A stretch of 64,000 nt of DNA from contig NW_024704743.1 in assembly GCF_018977255.1 (NCBI RefSeq), forward strand, positions 104,844,001-104,908,000, given 5' to 3'. This document shows positions 37,115-48,935 of the stretch, piece by piece (within the stretch, counting starts at the first letter, position 1; each line of letters opens with the position of its first letter). A program made the position numbers and the translations under genes. This DNA comes from Callorhinchus milii (lineage: Eukaryota). The notes beneath the pieces are model-generated. The model was given only the letters and a program-made list of their open reading frames with translations, searched no databases and was not told where the DNA came from.

Positions 37115-40100
37115 TATATCCTGTAGAGTGATTTGAGACATCTTGACGATGTGATAGGTGCTCTATGAAATGCAAGATTATTATTATTATAACATGTGGA
37201 TTTAGAAAATAGACTACATGGGTCCACTGGCAGTGATACATTTGATATTGAAACATATTAATATATTTGTACTGGATTCACAGTAGGTTAAAATAGGATT
37301 TACTAATAGCAATTCAAGGGCTGAAGTCAGAATTATGCATTCTGAATAGTGCACTGAATGTGATCATTTATATATGATGTTTAGTGGCTTTCACAAATTA
37401 AATGGTTGAGAACTATCATTTGCTATTATTGGCATTTCCTTAATTTATGCAATAAAAATCTGCTGGTATTGGGTATTGGCAATAAACACTAGTTTTAACT
37501 ATAATTTGCCTATAAAATACACAGACACTGCACTTTATCCTGTGAAGCACTTTGAGATATCCTCCTGCTGTAAAAGGTACAATACCAAATAAAAGGATTA
37601 TTATAATTATTATTATTAATGACCATTATTATTAAGAGATCAAAGAAACAACTGGCATGATACCAGATAAAGAAAATGTTCAACCATAGTTTTCTGCATG
37701 CTACAATCCTGATGTTAGCTGCAGTCACCTGCTGCTTTTCATGGGCTTGAGTGGTCAGCAGGGCAATTGGCCACAGGGATAGACTTGGACTTAGCAGAAT
37801 TTTATTGCAAAAATTAAGGAAATGGTAACAATATTAAACAATAATTCTCAATCATTTAATGGGTCTGTTAAAACCAATGCAACAAATGAGCCTCTTGGGT
37901 CATCCTGTGACATGTGGCAACCATTAAGGGACATTGCCATGCAGGTATGTACTATGACAATGCTGAAACACAATAAGCTGGGACAAAATAGTAGTGCCTT
38001 TCCTCAAAGTGTTTTCAGAAGAAAGGGCGTTTGTTGCACAAAGTCAAATGAGAAACAGATGTGTGTCAATTCAAGGCAGGCTTCCAATAATCAAACTGCA
38101 ATAAGACACTTCGGGATTGCATCTATCACTTGACTACTGTTTCCCAGTCCCATTTCGTGATTTTTGCCTTAAATCACAACATAACTAAAACCAGTTGAGT
38201 GTGGATTAATATTCAGTTCACACATTGCTCTTCAAGAGGTTTGAAAAAAGTAAGAGTTAATAATGATCAAATATTTTGACCAATTGTACTTTCATATAAT
38301 TCTGGAGATAAATGAAAGCATAAATTGTCAGAACATGGTTCAAGCCTTTCCATTGTAGTTAAGGCTTGGCTCTCAGCCTGTGTTAATATTGGACTGAGGA
38401 TAGCAGGGAAGATTTACAGAGTTAGGTGCTGAAGATCTAAGACTTCCAAAATTAATAATTTTATAGTGAAACAAACGTAGTTGCTCTTGTATACTTTTCA
38501 CAGGCTATTTTCCAAATGTTTTCTGAAGCTGGATGCAGTATGTGCCGAAAGATTGATGAGATCTCAGTCTCACTGTTATCTTGACCAGACTGCAGACATT
38601 TAAACTGCTGTTTATATGTCAAGTACACACTGCAGTCCCCCTGTTTGCTTCTTATCATCAATTTAGCATTCTCAGTGTCTGAAGGAGACTGTGAAACTAA
38701 ATAGGCTTTGAAAACAAATGGAAGGTAGAACTAGAATAAAATAGGAATGAACTGAGTGCACCAAATCCTGGCTTTGAGTCTGAAGCTGATGTCACGATAT
38801 ACTATACACAATGCATTATGCTCAAGCTACAGAGTCATAGATGGATACTGTCCAGTGGGATCCATGTGTTGTACAGATACTGTCTCACACTGATAATCAT
38901 AGCACACATTGTTTATACAGCCAGTGCTAAAATATGTCACCACTTTAGTTGTATAAAAGTAGTTTCCTGACTACAGAATCCTCACCTTCCCCCAGGAATA
39001 AGAAACTGTTTTTATGTTTTTAAATGTCTGACATCAAAGTTATGAAACTAAAAGTTCTGCACAATTAGGAAACAGCTTGGTGTGCATCTACAGCACTGGA
39101 CCACATCAGATTAGTGTTTTAAAGGGATATATATTGCCATTCCATTCTTCCTTGGAATTCAAAGTTTAATGCAGGTAAAAAGTTACATAGGAGTATAAGA
39201 AAGCAAAGAATAGGAAAAATATATTCAGTCCATCATTGCCTGCTACTTCCACACGACAGGCCATTATCAGTTGGACAACTGGTTTCATGCTTTGCAAACT
39301 TTATTGAACAAATTAAGGAGATGGTAGACTTTATTGGATAGATGAAGGAGATGAGAGCCCATCGTGGATTAATTTAACCTGATAATAATCCTTACATTTG
39401 GTATAGTGTGTTTCACATCAGGAAAATGCCACATAAGCGCTTCAACTGAAGTTGAGTGAATAGATGTTTTGTGGTTGAACGTGATGGAAAACGCTGCATA
39501 AGTACACTAATCAAACAAAATGTTGGTATATCTGTTGGTATAAATGTTGGTGTATCCGCACTCTTGTCATTGTCTTCTGAAGATGATAGCTCTATTCCAA
39601 TTGATCCTTTCATTCTCGACTTATGCATATAACCTTCACTCCAGTTCCTGACCATATAGCTACCAAAATCATTTTTGAGGGAGCTAATTGACATAAGTCG
39701 TGAAATTCCAGTTAGTCTTAAGACTGTTATGAATGTTTACCATAAATTTAAGATTGCATCGAATTGTTCTTAAATTTGTAAGATGCTTCCTTTTAAGAGC
39801 TACAGAAAAATAGCTGCCAAGAGTGAATATAAGATGTTTTTTACTGTAATTTTGCCCAATCTTAAACTTTTAGCAGGCTAAGATTAGGGACATTTCGGGA
39901 CATTTGTGTCAACAGCTATGACTGGTATTTTGTTCCACACACCACTTCACTTGGAAAAGAAACATTCTTCCAATTTGTACTTTAGGTTTGTGTTTGAATA
40001 CTGCATGGGAATGACAGTGAATCTCTCATAATTTCCAAAACAATCTTCTTTGAAAAAATTCAAAAGCGATCTTGTTTCAATGCAGCAAAATCACTGGCTA

Positions 40101-40264
40101 ATAACAAGACCATTTAATTAATGGAAAATGTCATTCATGACAAATGCATTCCAGAGCGCTTGTACCTTTGCTACAAAGAAACTCTGTTTCAGTACAAAAA
40201 TTGTTGTGTGATTTTGTGCCACAAGGATTTTGCAGTGGATACAATGTGACATGTGGGTTTCTCT

Positions 40265-40660
40265 CTCTTCCGTGTGGGTGATGGAGTCGGGCGAGGGTGG
40301 GAGTGATGGGGGTCACGGAGCCTGGTGCGCAAGACTATATGGGTTGCAGAGTTTTGGATGATCTGCAGTTTGTGAAGGGTAGAGTTGGGAAGGCCAATGC
40401 GGAGGAAGTTTCCATAATCGAGCCTTGTCGTGGGTGAGGGTCTCAACAACCTGAAGGGTGAGGCAGTGGTGGAGTCTGGCAATGTTACGGAGGTGGTGGT
40501 AGGCAGTGCCGGTCATGGCGCGAATGTGGGGTAGAAAGGACAGTTCAGGGTCAAACAAGACACCCAGGTTCCTGACTGGCTTAGTGAGGTTGAGTGTGCA
40601 GCCGTGGAGGCTGATGCTGCCAGTGGCCGAGGTGCGGAAGCGCTGGCACCAGCCAAGCAG
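40265..40660 (-). mobile_element. L2 internal fragment
   Basis: [28 protein letters not shown] and RLDYGN...LHKLQIIQNSA. Confidence 0.9.
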
Positions 40661-42130
40661 AAGCTACGACATATACAATAACTGACGTGCCCTAACTGGA
40701 GATGAAGAAGAATTGGTTGAACCACCAGTCATATCTCCAGACATTTTGCAGAAGGCATGTCCTTGATGGAATGCCAAAAATCCTACAATGTCTTAGTAAA
40801 GGGGGCCTAAGAATGCACTCAATGACTTTGTAATCAGTGAACATGGGCTAAATGCCACTTGCTGGAGAAGACAGTTCCTATCTATGCTACACATGTGATT
40901 TTGTCATTCGGTCTTATTATTGCACAGATACTGCTCCATGACTGAGAAAACCAGAGGATTACAGTGAAAATAGGTGTATTAGTGATGGGGAAAAAACGTC
41001 AATGTTGCACCCTCAATTATTCCATCTAAAATTAAAATGTGCAAACATTCTTTTGTAAAAATGGTTTTAAATGGTTATTTTTATAATTTGGCATCATTAT
41101 CAATAATAAGATGTCTGCTGATATTGAGCAGCTCTGCTGCAAAACCTTTGTTTCATTGCTACAGTTTGTTGGTTAAAGAAAACAAAATAAATCTTCTGTC
41201 CTAAAACTGACATTCACCCAGATCCACCGCACCCCCCCCCCACCCCCACACACACACGCACGCACACAAGACACAATTAAGTTGTTCAATACTACAACTG
41301 TTTGGAATGCTTTCAATTCCTGTCAAGTAAACTTTAGTCTGTCAAAAACTGAGGGATTGTATCGGTGATGCTCTTTAAAGTGTATTTTTGGATCTGCTGC
41401 AGATGCATTTGTAAACCTTCACCATATCACTGACTCAAAGGTTTTGTTTTATATTGGTTGAGCTTCACACATCAAAAGCAGCAGTACATGTCCATCATCT
41501 AGATTAATAATGCTTCCTGCATGTTGTCCTGTGGTGCTTCACGGAGCTAAATGTCCGTGATAGTGCAACGTTCCAAATGTAGAAATGTTGCCACACAGAC
41601 TTTTAATGAGACTATGGTGGCCTTGATTAATTCATGGCATGCTCTGCTGGATATTGGATAGGAGATGCCCATTTTGAGATTTAAGATATCTGTCATCACA
41701 TTGACACGTCTGATGTTCCAGACAGCATATGTGGTCCTGGCAGAGAATCTCATCCCTGTCTCACAGTGGGAGATTTCAATGAGCAACTTGAATCCAAAAA
41801 CAAGTAAATGGGAAACAATGAACCTGGGACTTTGTTGCTCCTTATTTTATCTACAAATTATTACAAAGAATCACCTTTTGTCTTCCCTTGTGATCTCATT
41901 GATCAAGAGCGCAGGCAATGGCACATGTTGAGACATTAGCCGTCTTCATTGAAAGAGTTCATAACAGATTAAAACTTGCAACGGTTCAGCTCCTGAAACT
42001 GATGTTTTCTCTAACATTTCCTTTTGTTACATCCATTAATAGTTGTAATGAATGTTTCAACTAGTTTTAGGCTACAGTCTGGAAGCTTGCACTGAATAAA
42101 ACTCATAACCTTTAATCAGTGTCCTGTCTC

Positions 42131-44030
42131 TACAACAACAACAACAACAACAAGATTCCATTTATAGAGCGCCTTTCACGTCAGGAGGACGTCCCAAGGC
42201 GCTGCACAGTTGGGTCATGACCCGAGCAGGGGGGAAATGGTCAGGGTGAGGGAAGGGAGGGAGAGAGGAGGGGGGAAATGGTCAGGGTGAGGGGAGGGAA
42301 GGGAGGGAGCGAGGAGGGGGAAGAGAGTCGAGAGGGGAGCTGAAGGCACGGTCAAAGAGAAAGGTTTTGAGACCGGCCTTGAAGGAGGAAAGGGAGGAAG
42401 CAAGGCGAAGGCACTGGGGGATGGAGTTCCAGAGCCTCGGGGCTGAGAGGCTGAAGGCCCGACCACCGATAGTAGGGCGGTTGGGGCGGGGGACGTGGAG
42501 CAGACCGGAGCCAGAGGAACGGAGGGTACGGGCAGGTAGGTAGGGGGATAGTAGGTTGGAGAGGTAGGAGGGAGCAAGGCCGTGAATGGCCTTGTAGGTG
42601 AGGATGAGGATCTTGAAATCAATCCTCTGGGGGATGGGGAGCCAGTGGAGGCGAGCGAGGGTAGGAGTGATGTGGTCCCGAAGCCTGGTGCGGGACAGTA
42701 CACGAGCTGCAGAGTTCTGAATGACCTGCAGCTTGTGGAGGGAGGTGGCGGGAAGGCCGGCGAGGAGAGAGTTCCCATAGTCCAGCCTTGAGGTGACAAA
42801 GGCGTGAACCAGGGTTTCAGCAGCGTGAGGGGTGAGGTAGTGCCGTAGTCTGGCGATATTCCGGAGGTGATGGAAGGCGGTGCCAGTTGTGGTGCGGATG
42901 TGAGGGAGAAAGGACAGCTCAGGGTCGAACAAAACGCCGAGGTTCCTGACTGGCTTTGAGAGGTGGAGAGTGCAGCCTTGGATGCTGATGGTGTCAGCGC
43001 CTGAGGTGCGGAGGCGCTGACGTGAGCCAATCAGGAGGGCCTCGGTTTTTCGCACGTTGAGCTGAAGAAAGTTGTCTCTCGTCCAGGACTCGATGTCGGA
43101 CAGGCAGGCTGTCAGGACATCGGTGGTCGTGGAGTTGAGAGTAGAGGAGGAAAGGTAGAGTTGGGTGTCATCCGCATACATGTGGAAGTTAACCCCATGT
43201 TTGCGGATGATGTCACCGAGGGGGAGCATATAGAGGGTGAAGAGGAGGGGACCGAGGACAGAGCCCTGAGGGACACCACATGAGACAGTACGGGGGGTGG
43301 AGGAGAAGCCATTCGTTGAGACGAAGTGAAGACGGTGGGAAAGGTAAGAGCTAAACCATTCAAGGACAGTGCCTTGAAGGTTGAGGTGGGAGGACAAGCG
43401 GTGGAGTAGGATAGCGTGGTCGACCGTATCGAATGCTGCCGATAGGTCGAGGAGGACGAGGAGACAGAGGGAGCCCTGGTCACAGATAGTCAGGATATCA
43501 TTGGTGACCTTGACCAGGGCAGTTTCTGTGCTATGAGCAGCACGGAAACCTGACTGAAGGGGTTCAAAAAGAGAATGGGTGGAGAGGAAAGAGCGCAGTT
43601 GGGAGGCGACAACTCTTTCCAAGACCTTGGAGAGAAAGGGGAGGTTGGAGATGGGCCGGTAGCTTGATAGCTGCGACGCATCAAGGGAGGGTTTTTTCAG
43701 GGTGGGCGTGATGATGGCAGTTTTTAATGGAATGGGGACAGAGCCAGAGGAGAGGGACAGGTTTATGATGTCAGTGATGTGTGGGGCAAGAAAATGGAGC
43801 TGGGAGATAAGGAGTGGAGTGGGGATGGGGTCAAGGGAGCAGGTGGTTGGTTTTAGGGATAGGATGAGTTCAGTGACAGAGGGTGGGGAAACGGGTACGA
43901 AGGTGTGTAGGGGAGGATGGGTAGGAGTCGGAGTGTGGGAGGGAAGGGGTGGGTGGTGGGTGGAAGTTGGAGGGGAAGTGACCGCGGAGCGGATTCCCTT
44001 GATCTTGGATTCAAGGAAATCCAGCATCTC
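42131..44030 (-). mobile_element. Young 5'-truncated L2 LINE with an uninterrupted RT ORF
   Basis: The 583-codon ORF 42282-44033 carries [46 protein letters not shown] and LHWLP. CpGs are retained and the (TTG)n tail is present. Confidence 0.97.
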
Positions 44031-44704
44031 CAATGGAGAGTATACAATGCTGAAGCATTCATTATAAATATGTGACGATACTGTCTCACTGGAAGACTAA
44101 GCAAGTCGGATCAGACCACTCTATGCAGCAAGTACTGCTTGAACCTTTTTGGATGAGGACGAAACTGACCATTTTAACTAATCAACTGCAGTCAAGAATA
44201 TTAACGCATCAACATTTTTATTAAGGGTTTTGAAACAGTTCCTTTAATTAAATGCCTTGTTTGGTAAATGCAAGCACGATTCAAAAAGATATCTGCAAGG
44301 ATCCCAGCTCCCAGTTCCATATTCTGCAAATGCAGAAGAAATAACCCACAGGCACTTAGGCCCTTGGGTGGGAATGAAGAAAGTGGTGTGTGATGTGCTA
44401 TAAAAACATCGCACACCACATATTTCAACCCGACCAGAAAAATGAATGTGTTTAGATTCCAGCAGGGAACTGCAGGTTTGGTTACAATGGAAACTCCACA
44501 GGCTCCTGCAACAACAATAACAACTTGCATTTATATAGTGCCCCTAATTCAGGGTAGCGTCCCCGAATGCTTAACAGTGCTGGAACACTGTAAATGCTGG
44601 TAGTAGGGATTTGCAGCCCAGTTGTACACAGCAATGTCCCACAAACAGCCATGAAACAAATGATCCATATTTATTATGGGGATCGTTGGCCATGGCATCA
44701 AAGA

Positions 44705-44997
44705 AAGTCCCCAACCTCGCTCGCCCCACTATTGACGGGCGGGCGGGCGGGCCTTCTGCAACTCTGCCCCCACCCTCTGGAACTCCATCCCACAGCCCCT
44801 CTGCCTCACCCCCTCCCTTGTCACCTTCAAGACCTATCTCAAGACCCTCCTCTTCGACCATGCTTCCTACTTCTCCCCACTGTCCTCCACCACCCCCCGA
44901 CCCCGACCCCCAGCTTGGGTCCGAAACTCTGTCTGTCCAGCGCCTTAGGACGTCCTCCTGACGTGAAAGGCGCTATACAATGTCATTTTGTTGTTGC
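44705..44997 (+). mobile_element. L2 3' end fragment among SINE pieces
   Basis: cgccccactattg...gggccttc...ctctggaactccatccc...ggacgtcctcctgacgtgaaaggcgctatacaa. Confidence 0.88.
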
Positions 44998-45250
44998 ATA
45001 TTTTGTGGGCAAAATGCGGTAGTCAGTTGCCCACAGCAGTATCCCACAAACAGTCATGGATTGAGAGACAAATTTATTATTATTGTTTTTTTGAATGAAT
45101 TATTATCCCCGGAAGACCAATCCTTCAATTGACTAACAACCAGGTTCCTACTTACTGCTAGGTAAATAGAGGTATGTGAAGAAGGAAACTTGCCCAACAT
45201 TTCGCTCTGCCAGGAACTGAACCCATTGTGTCTCTGTCTCTGGTTACAAA
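44998..45250 (-). mobile_element. SINE variant with an extra central module
   Basis: Shares gactaacaaccaggttcctacttactgctaggtaaa with 45640-45880. Confidence 0.75.
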
Positions 45251-45639
45251 TCTGAGATGGCCCATGTTTACACTAAGTGCATACCTGAGCATTTCATTCT
45301 AGCCTTGCTGGGGTGGGTGGGAACAAGGACAAATTCAAAGTGATATGAGTACACTGGCAAATCCATCATTGCCTGAAGGTATGGAGTGCACATCAAAGGC
45401 TGCCTCTGATCTCAGAACAGGAACCAATTTACACTGCACTAATACAAGTATCATACTAGGGGGGTGGGAAAGCCTCACAAAGAAATGGTCAACTTCAGAG
45501 TGGGGGGAAGGTGGAGTCCAAACTGAGATCACCCAAGCACAAACACCACTATTTAATCTATTGCTATTAAATTAGTGCCGCCCTAAACCATATCAGTGAT
45601 TGTAGCATTTATTGAGAAACAATCTTTATGTACAACTCG

Positions 45640-45880
45640 AAATGCAGCAGCCAATTGCGCACAGCAGTATCCCACAAACAGTTGTAAAGTGACCAAATTC
45701 TTTTTTAAAAGGGATTATTATCCCCGGAAAACGATCCGCCAATAGACTAACAACCAGGTTCCTACTTACTACTAGGTAAACAAGCGTGTGGAGTAAGGAA
45801 ACTTGCCTAAGGTTTCGCCCTGCCTGGGAATCGAACTCAGGTCCTCTCGCTTGCGAGGCGAGTGCTCTAACCACTCAGCT
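45640..45880 (-). mobile_element. SINE variant with an extra central module, tRNA head intact
   Basis: Young-type tRNA head plus an approximately 60-bp module absent from the copies at 50957, 56425 and 62561. Confidence 0.85.
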
Positions 45881-45883
45881 CTA

Positions 45884-46048
45884 ACCCTCCTCTTCGACCG
45901 TGCTTTCGATCTCCCTGCTTCCCCCCGGCCCTCCACACTCCCTGATCCCGACCCCCAGTTCGGATCCGAAACTCTGTCTATCCAGCGCCTTGGGACATCC
46001 TCTGGACGTGAAAGGCGCTATACAAATGTAATTTTGTTGTTGTTGGTG
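45884..46048 (+). mobile_element. L2 3' end fragment
   Basis: accctcctcttcgaccgtgct...cttgggacatcctctggacgtgaaaggcgctatacaaatgtaattttgttg. Confidence 0.88.
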
Positions 46049-47034
46049 TACCTACAGGACTCCACAAAGATAGGTAATTTCAAAATCCTGTCCTAAAAGT
46101 GGCTAAACGGACTGACTTTATATAAAAAATTTAAGTAACTCTCACAGATAAGATACCCTTGAAAAAGGAAACTCCAGTCCCAGAATCTGTCCACCCCTGA
46201 ACGCTTTGGTTTTCCAGGATTTACTTACCAATATATCCAGAAAGCAGCTTTTCCAAATGTCAGCGTACCCTCAGGGAATTACCTTACAGAACAATGAAGT
46301 CACCTCTAGCATGCCCACCATTGTTATTATTTTAAGGAGAGCTTGTAATTCAAACCTTTCAGAAAGAAAGCAGTTCGCTCACAGTCTACAGGAAACATTT
46401 AGTAAATTTTTCATTTCTTCATTTACCCAATTTATCCAGAGAATGATTATATTTTTCTGCATGAAGCTATTAATTATGCTTTCTTTTGCCTTTCTTATTA
46501 TGCACTTATTAAAATGTATTTTCAGTAAACTCAAATCAACTGGATCTAATACATATGCCAGGCTAATCCAAGCATTGTAAATTCCACTTACTCAGACCAC
46601 AGCATGAAATACTCCAACTCTTCCAAATCCACTGCATTCTAACTTCACAGCTCTCGACACAAACAAAGTTTTGTGTATGAACCTTACTCTTGCATAAAAT
46701 AATGTAAAAACAGAAATTCCAGGATTTGCCAGCAATTTGCCATTTCGTTTCCATTCTGCTTGAAGTTTTCCACTTACTTCACATCAGAAGTTTTAACATC
46801 ACATCTTTACACAATCCCCAAATGACAATGGTTGAAAGCAGACTTCTTAAAAAGGCAGCAACAAATTATCAGGTATCAATATGTATTTAAGAAACTCAGT
46901 TTAGTTTGTTCCTCTTACAAACCAGGCCACAATTAGTATTTAATGGGACCTCTATAACAAAGTCAAAACTCAACATTAGTTGAGGAACAAACTTTTTCTG
47001 AAAAGAAAGTTCTCAAATAAAGTTTTGTACTTAC

Positions 47035-47195
47035 AGAATAACAGTCTGTGGTGCTACTTTGGGTATGTGATCCAGCATCAAATGCATACAGCGGACAGTG
47101 GTCCTGAAACACAGGCAGCGGCTCGGGCAGGAATGGGAGATTGTAGGTAAGAAGAGGACGAGGAAAGCTATGAAAAGGAAACATTTGTGTCCCAT
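47035..47195 (-). CDS. PXDNL: First coding exon of a peroxidasin-family gene, most like peroxidasin-like (signal peptide + LRRNT)
   Basis: ATG at 47195 gives [55 protein letters not shown] hydrophobic signal peptide is followed by the peroxidasin N-cap [17 protein letters not shown]. The exon ends in a phase-2 ATT CT|GTAAGT donor at 47034. MHLMLDHIP matches PXDNL as I recall it (PXDN has MHLLLEAVP), while FRTT and VAPQT are PXDN-like. The family call is firm; the paralogue call is less so. Confidence 0.9.
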
Positions 47196-47420
47196 CCTGA
47201 GAGAGATCAGAGCAGTGGCAGCAGCGCTCAGAGCTGCAGAGACCAAACTAAAAGAGTGAGTGGGGTCTGGGCAAGTTTAACTCAAGCTATGCATCCAATC
47301 AGACCACAACCAGGATCATATTACAGCACACAGAGCAGAAAGAATCCAGCAGCTTTATCCACAAAAGACTGCCAGGATTGTGATACTCCTCGATTGGAAA
47401 TTTATGGATGCAAAATCACT
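47196..47420 (-). promoter_or_regulatory. Putative 5' UTR and proximal promoter (not a CpG island) with a CCAAT box
   Basis: Unique sequence directly upstream of the ATG. CCAATCAG (NF-Y type) at 47295-47302 lies next to an ACCACA RUNX-like motif. Few CpGs. Confidence 0.4.
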
Positions 47421-47589
47421 GTTATAATTGTTACATGACAAGGGAGTATCAGGATGATTTCTGAGAGAGTCGGGATCCAACCCACTTCTGAGCAGGACTT
47501 GTACACGAATATTCTTTATACTTCCTTAAGTAGATACATACTGTTTCCTATCCAGTTTTCAATGGATCAAAATTTATGTCAAGTTTAAA

Positions 47590-47970
47590 TATTTAATTTA
47601 GCTTGGTATCAAAATCCTTGTGTAGCACATTAACACATCAAAACATTTCTCTGTAAAGTGTAGTGACTGTGTATTTTTGTTGACAAATGCAGGAGTCAAT
47701 TTGCAAACAGCAATGCCCCACAATCAGCCATGAAGTGAATGATCAATTTTATTTGGGGTGCTGTTGGCCTGGATATAATTCCTTTTTTTGAACAAGATTT
47801 TAACGTCCACCTGAACAGGGAGAATGGACTTTGTTTAACATTTCCTCTTGAAGGACAGCACCTCCGATAATGCAGTACATCCCAGCACTACTATCAGCCA
47901 AGAGTATGAGCTCAAGGTCCTGACATTGAACTCAGAGACGAGAGTATTACCACCAAGCCAGGCTGACACC
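47590..47970 (-). mobile_element. Old Deu-domain SINE just upstream of exon 1
   Basis: Collinear with 34850-35255. Confidence 0.75.
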
Positions 47971-48644
47971 TGGTATCTGAAATTGTAGGTTGGAAGCATT
48001 AAGTGTTGTGAGAATGCTTCCTTGGCTCTGTCTTGTTAAACAGATAAAAACTGTATATTCATCCAAATGAGAAACAAATGCTGTGTTGATACTGCATGTT
48101 TGGTGGTGACTTGTTGCCATCTGCCATTAATTCACCACCAAATGTGTAGTATCAATGGGGAGTGGAGACTGGGAATTGCATTGGGAGGAGGTATTTGCAG
48201 GAACATTGCAATTCACAACCATGCAGTACAAATTCAACAGCTGCATGCATTTTGGTTGTTCTAATGTGGGCTGCATATGCTTCTTCCCCGTCCATTGAAC
48301 TTTTGGCATTTTGCACAGATTCAATTCCTTTTAACATACATGTATATATTACTTTGAAAAACAATTGCAGAACATAAAAATCAAGTGTGGGTGTTGGTGG
48401 GAGGGGGGAGGAGCAAAACAGCTTCAGTTGAAAGCAGTGTAGGGTGGGAAACATAAATCTGCCTTTCTGCTCCACAATGTTATACTCCTGGGAGTGAAAT
48501 GACTTTTCTCCCAGCTGCACATATTCAGGGTAACACTGCACAGACTCTTACTTATTCTTGATAAATGTGCAGAAGAGAAATATGATCCACTTCACCTACA
48601 TTGTAAGACTTTCAGTAATAACAGTAATTAAAGTATGTAATAAA

Positions 48645-48935
48645 TAAAAATAATAATAATCCTTGCTTTGATAATACCATTTTTCATGTCAGGAGTCAGT
48701 CACCTCACAGAACTCCCAATGTAATGTGTAGTGACTGTGTACTTGTAGGCAAACTTGGCAGCCAGCTTGCGTAAAGCAATGTTCTACATAGAGCAATGAA
48801 GTGAATGACCAATTATATTTGGAAAATTATTTCTCAGGGCACTGGGAGAAACTCCTTTCTCTTTCCAAATAGTATCATGGGATCTTTAACATCCACCTGA
48901 ACAACTAAGATTGGGCCTCGGTTTCATTTCTCATA
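48645..48935 (-). mobile_element. Old Deu-domain SINE fragment
   Basis: Tail plus the catgggatctttaacatccacctgaac...gggcctcggttt body. Confidence 0.75.

Larger units (their letters stand above)
1..47034 (-). other. Probable large intron 1 of the peroxidasin-like gene
   Basis: Starts at the GTAAGT donor. No 72-nt LRR exon (DLRFNRIREI-type) was found by manual scan, and the interval is dominated by repeats. A small exon could have been missed. Confidence 0.6.

Noticed and set aside
39735..39800. LRR-like peptide KHLTNLRTI as candidate exon 2
   Set aside because: No match to DLRFNRI, and no suitable phase-2 splice sites at 72-nt spacing.
42215..43030. 271-aa Ser/Pro-rich ORF and similar overlapping or antisense ORFs in L2 copies
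   Set aside because: They are alternative frames of C-rich L2 sequence, not independent genes.
46223..46285. Strong minus-strand GTAAGT donor as a possible coding exon end
   Set aside because: The upstream translation (FPEGTLTFGKAAFWIY) has no peroxidasin similarity.
47031..47246. ORF-track start at TTG 47246 and stop at 47031
   Set aside because: The ATG at 47195 gives a proper signal peptide, and the apparent stop lies inside the GTAAGT splice donor.
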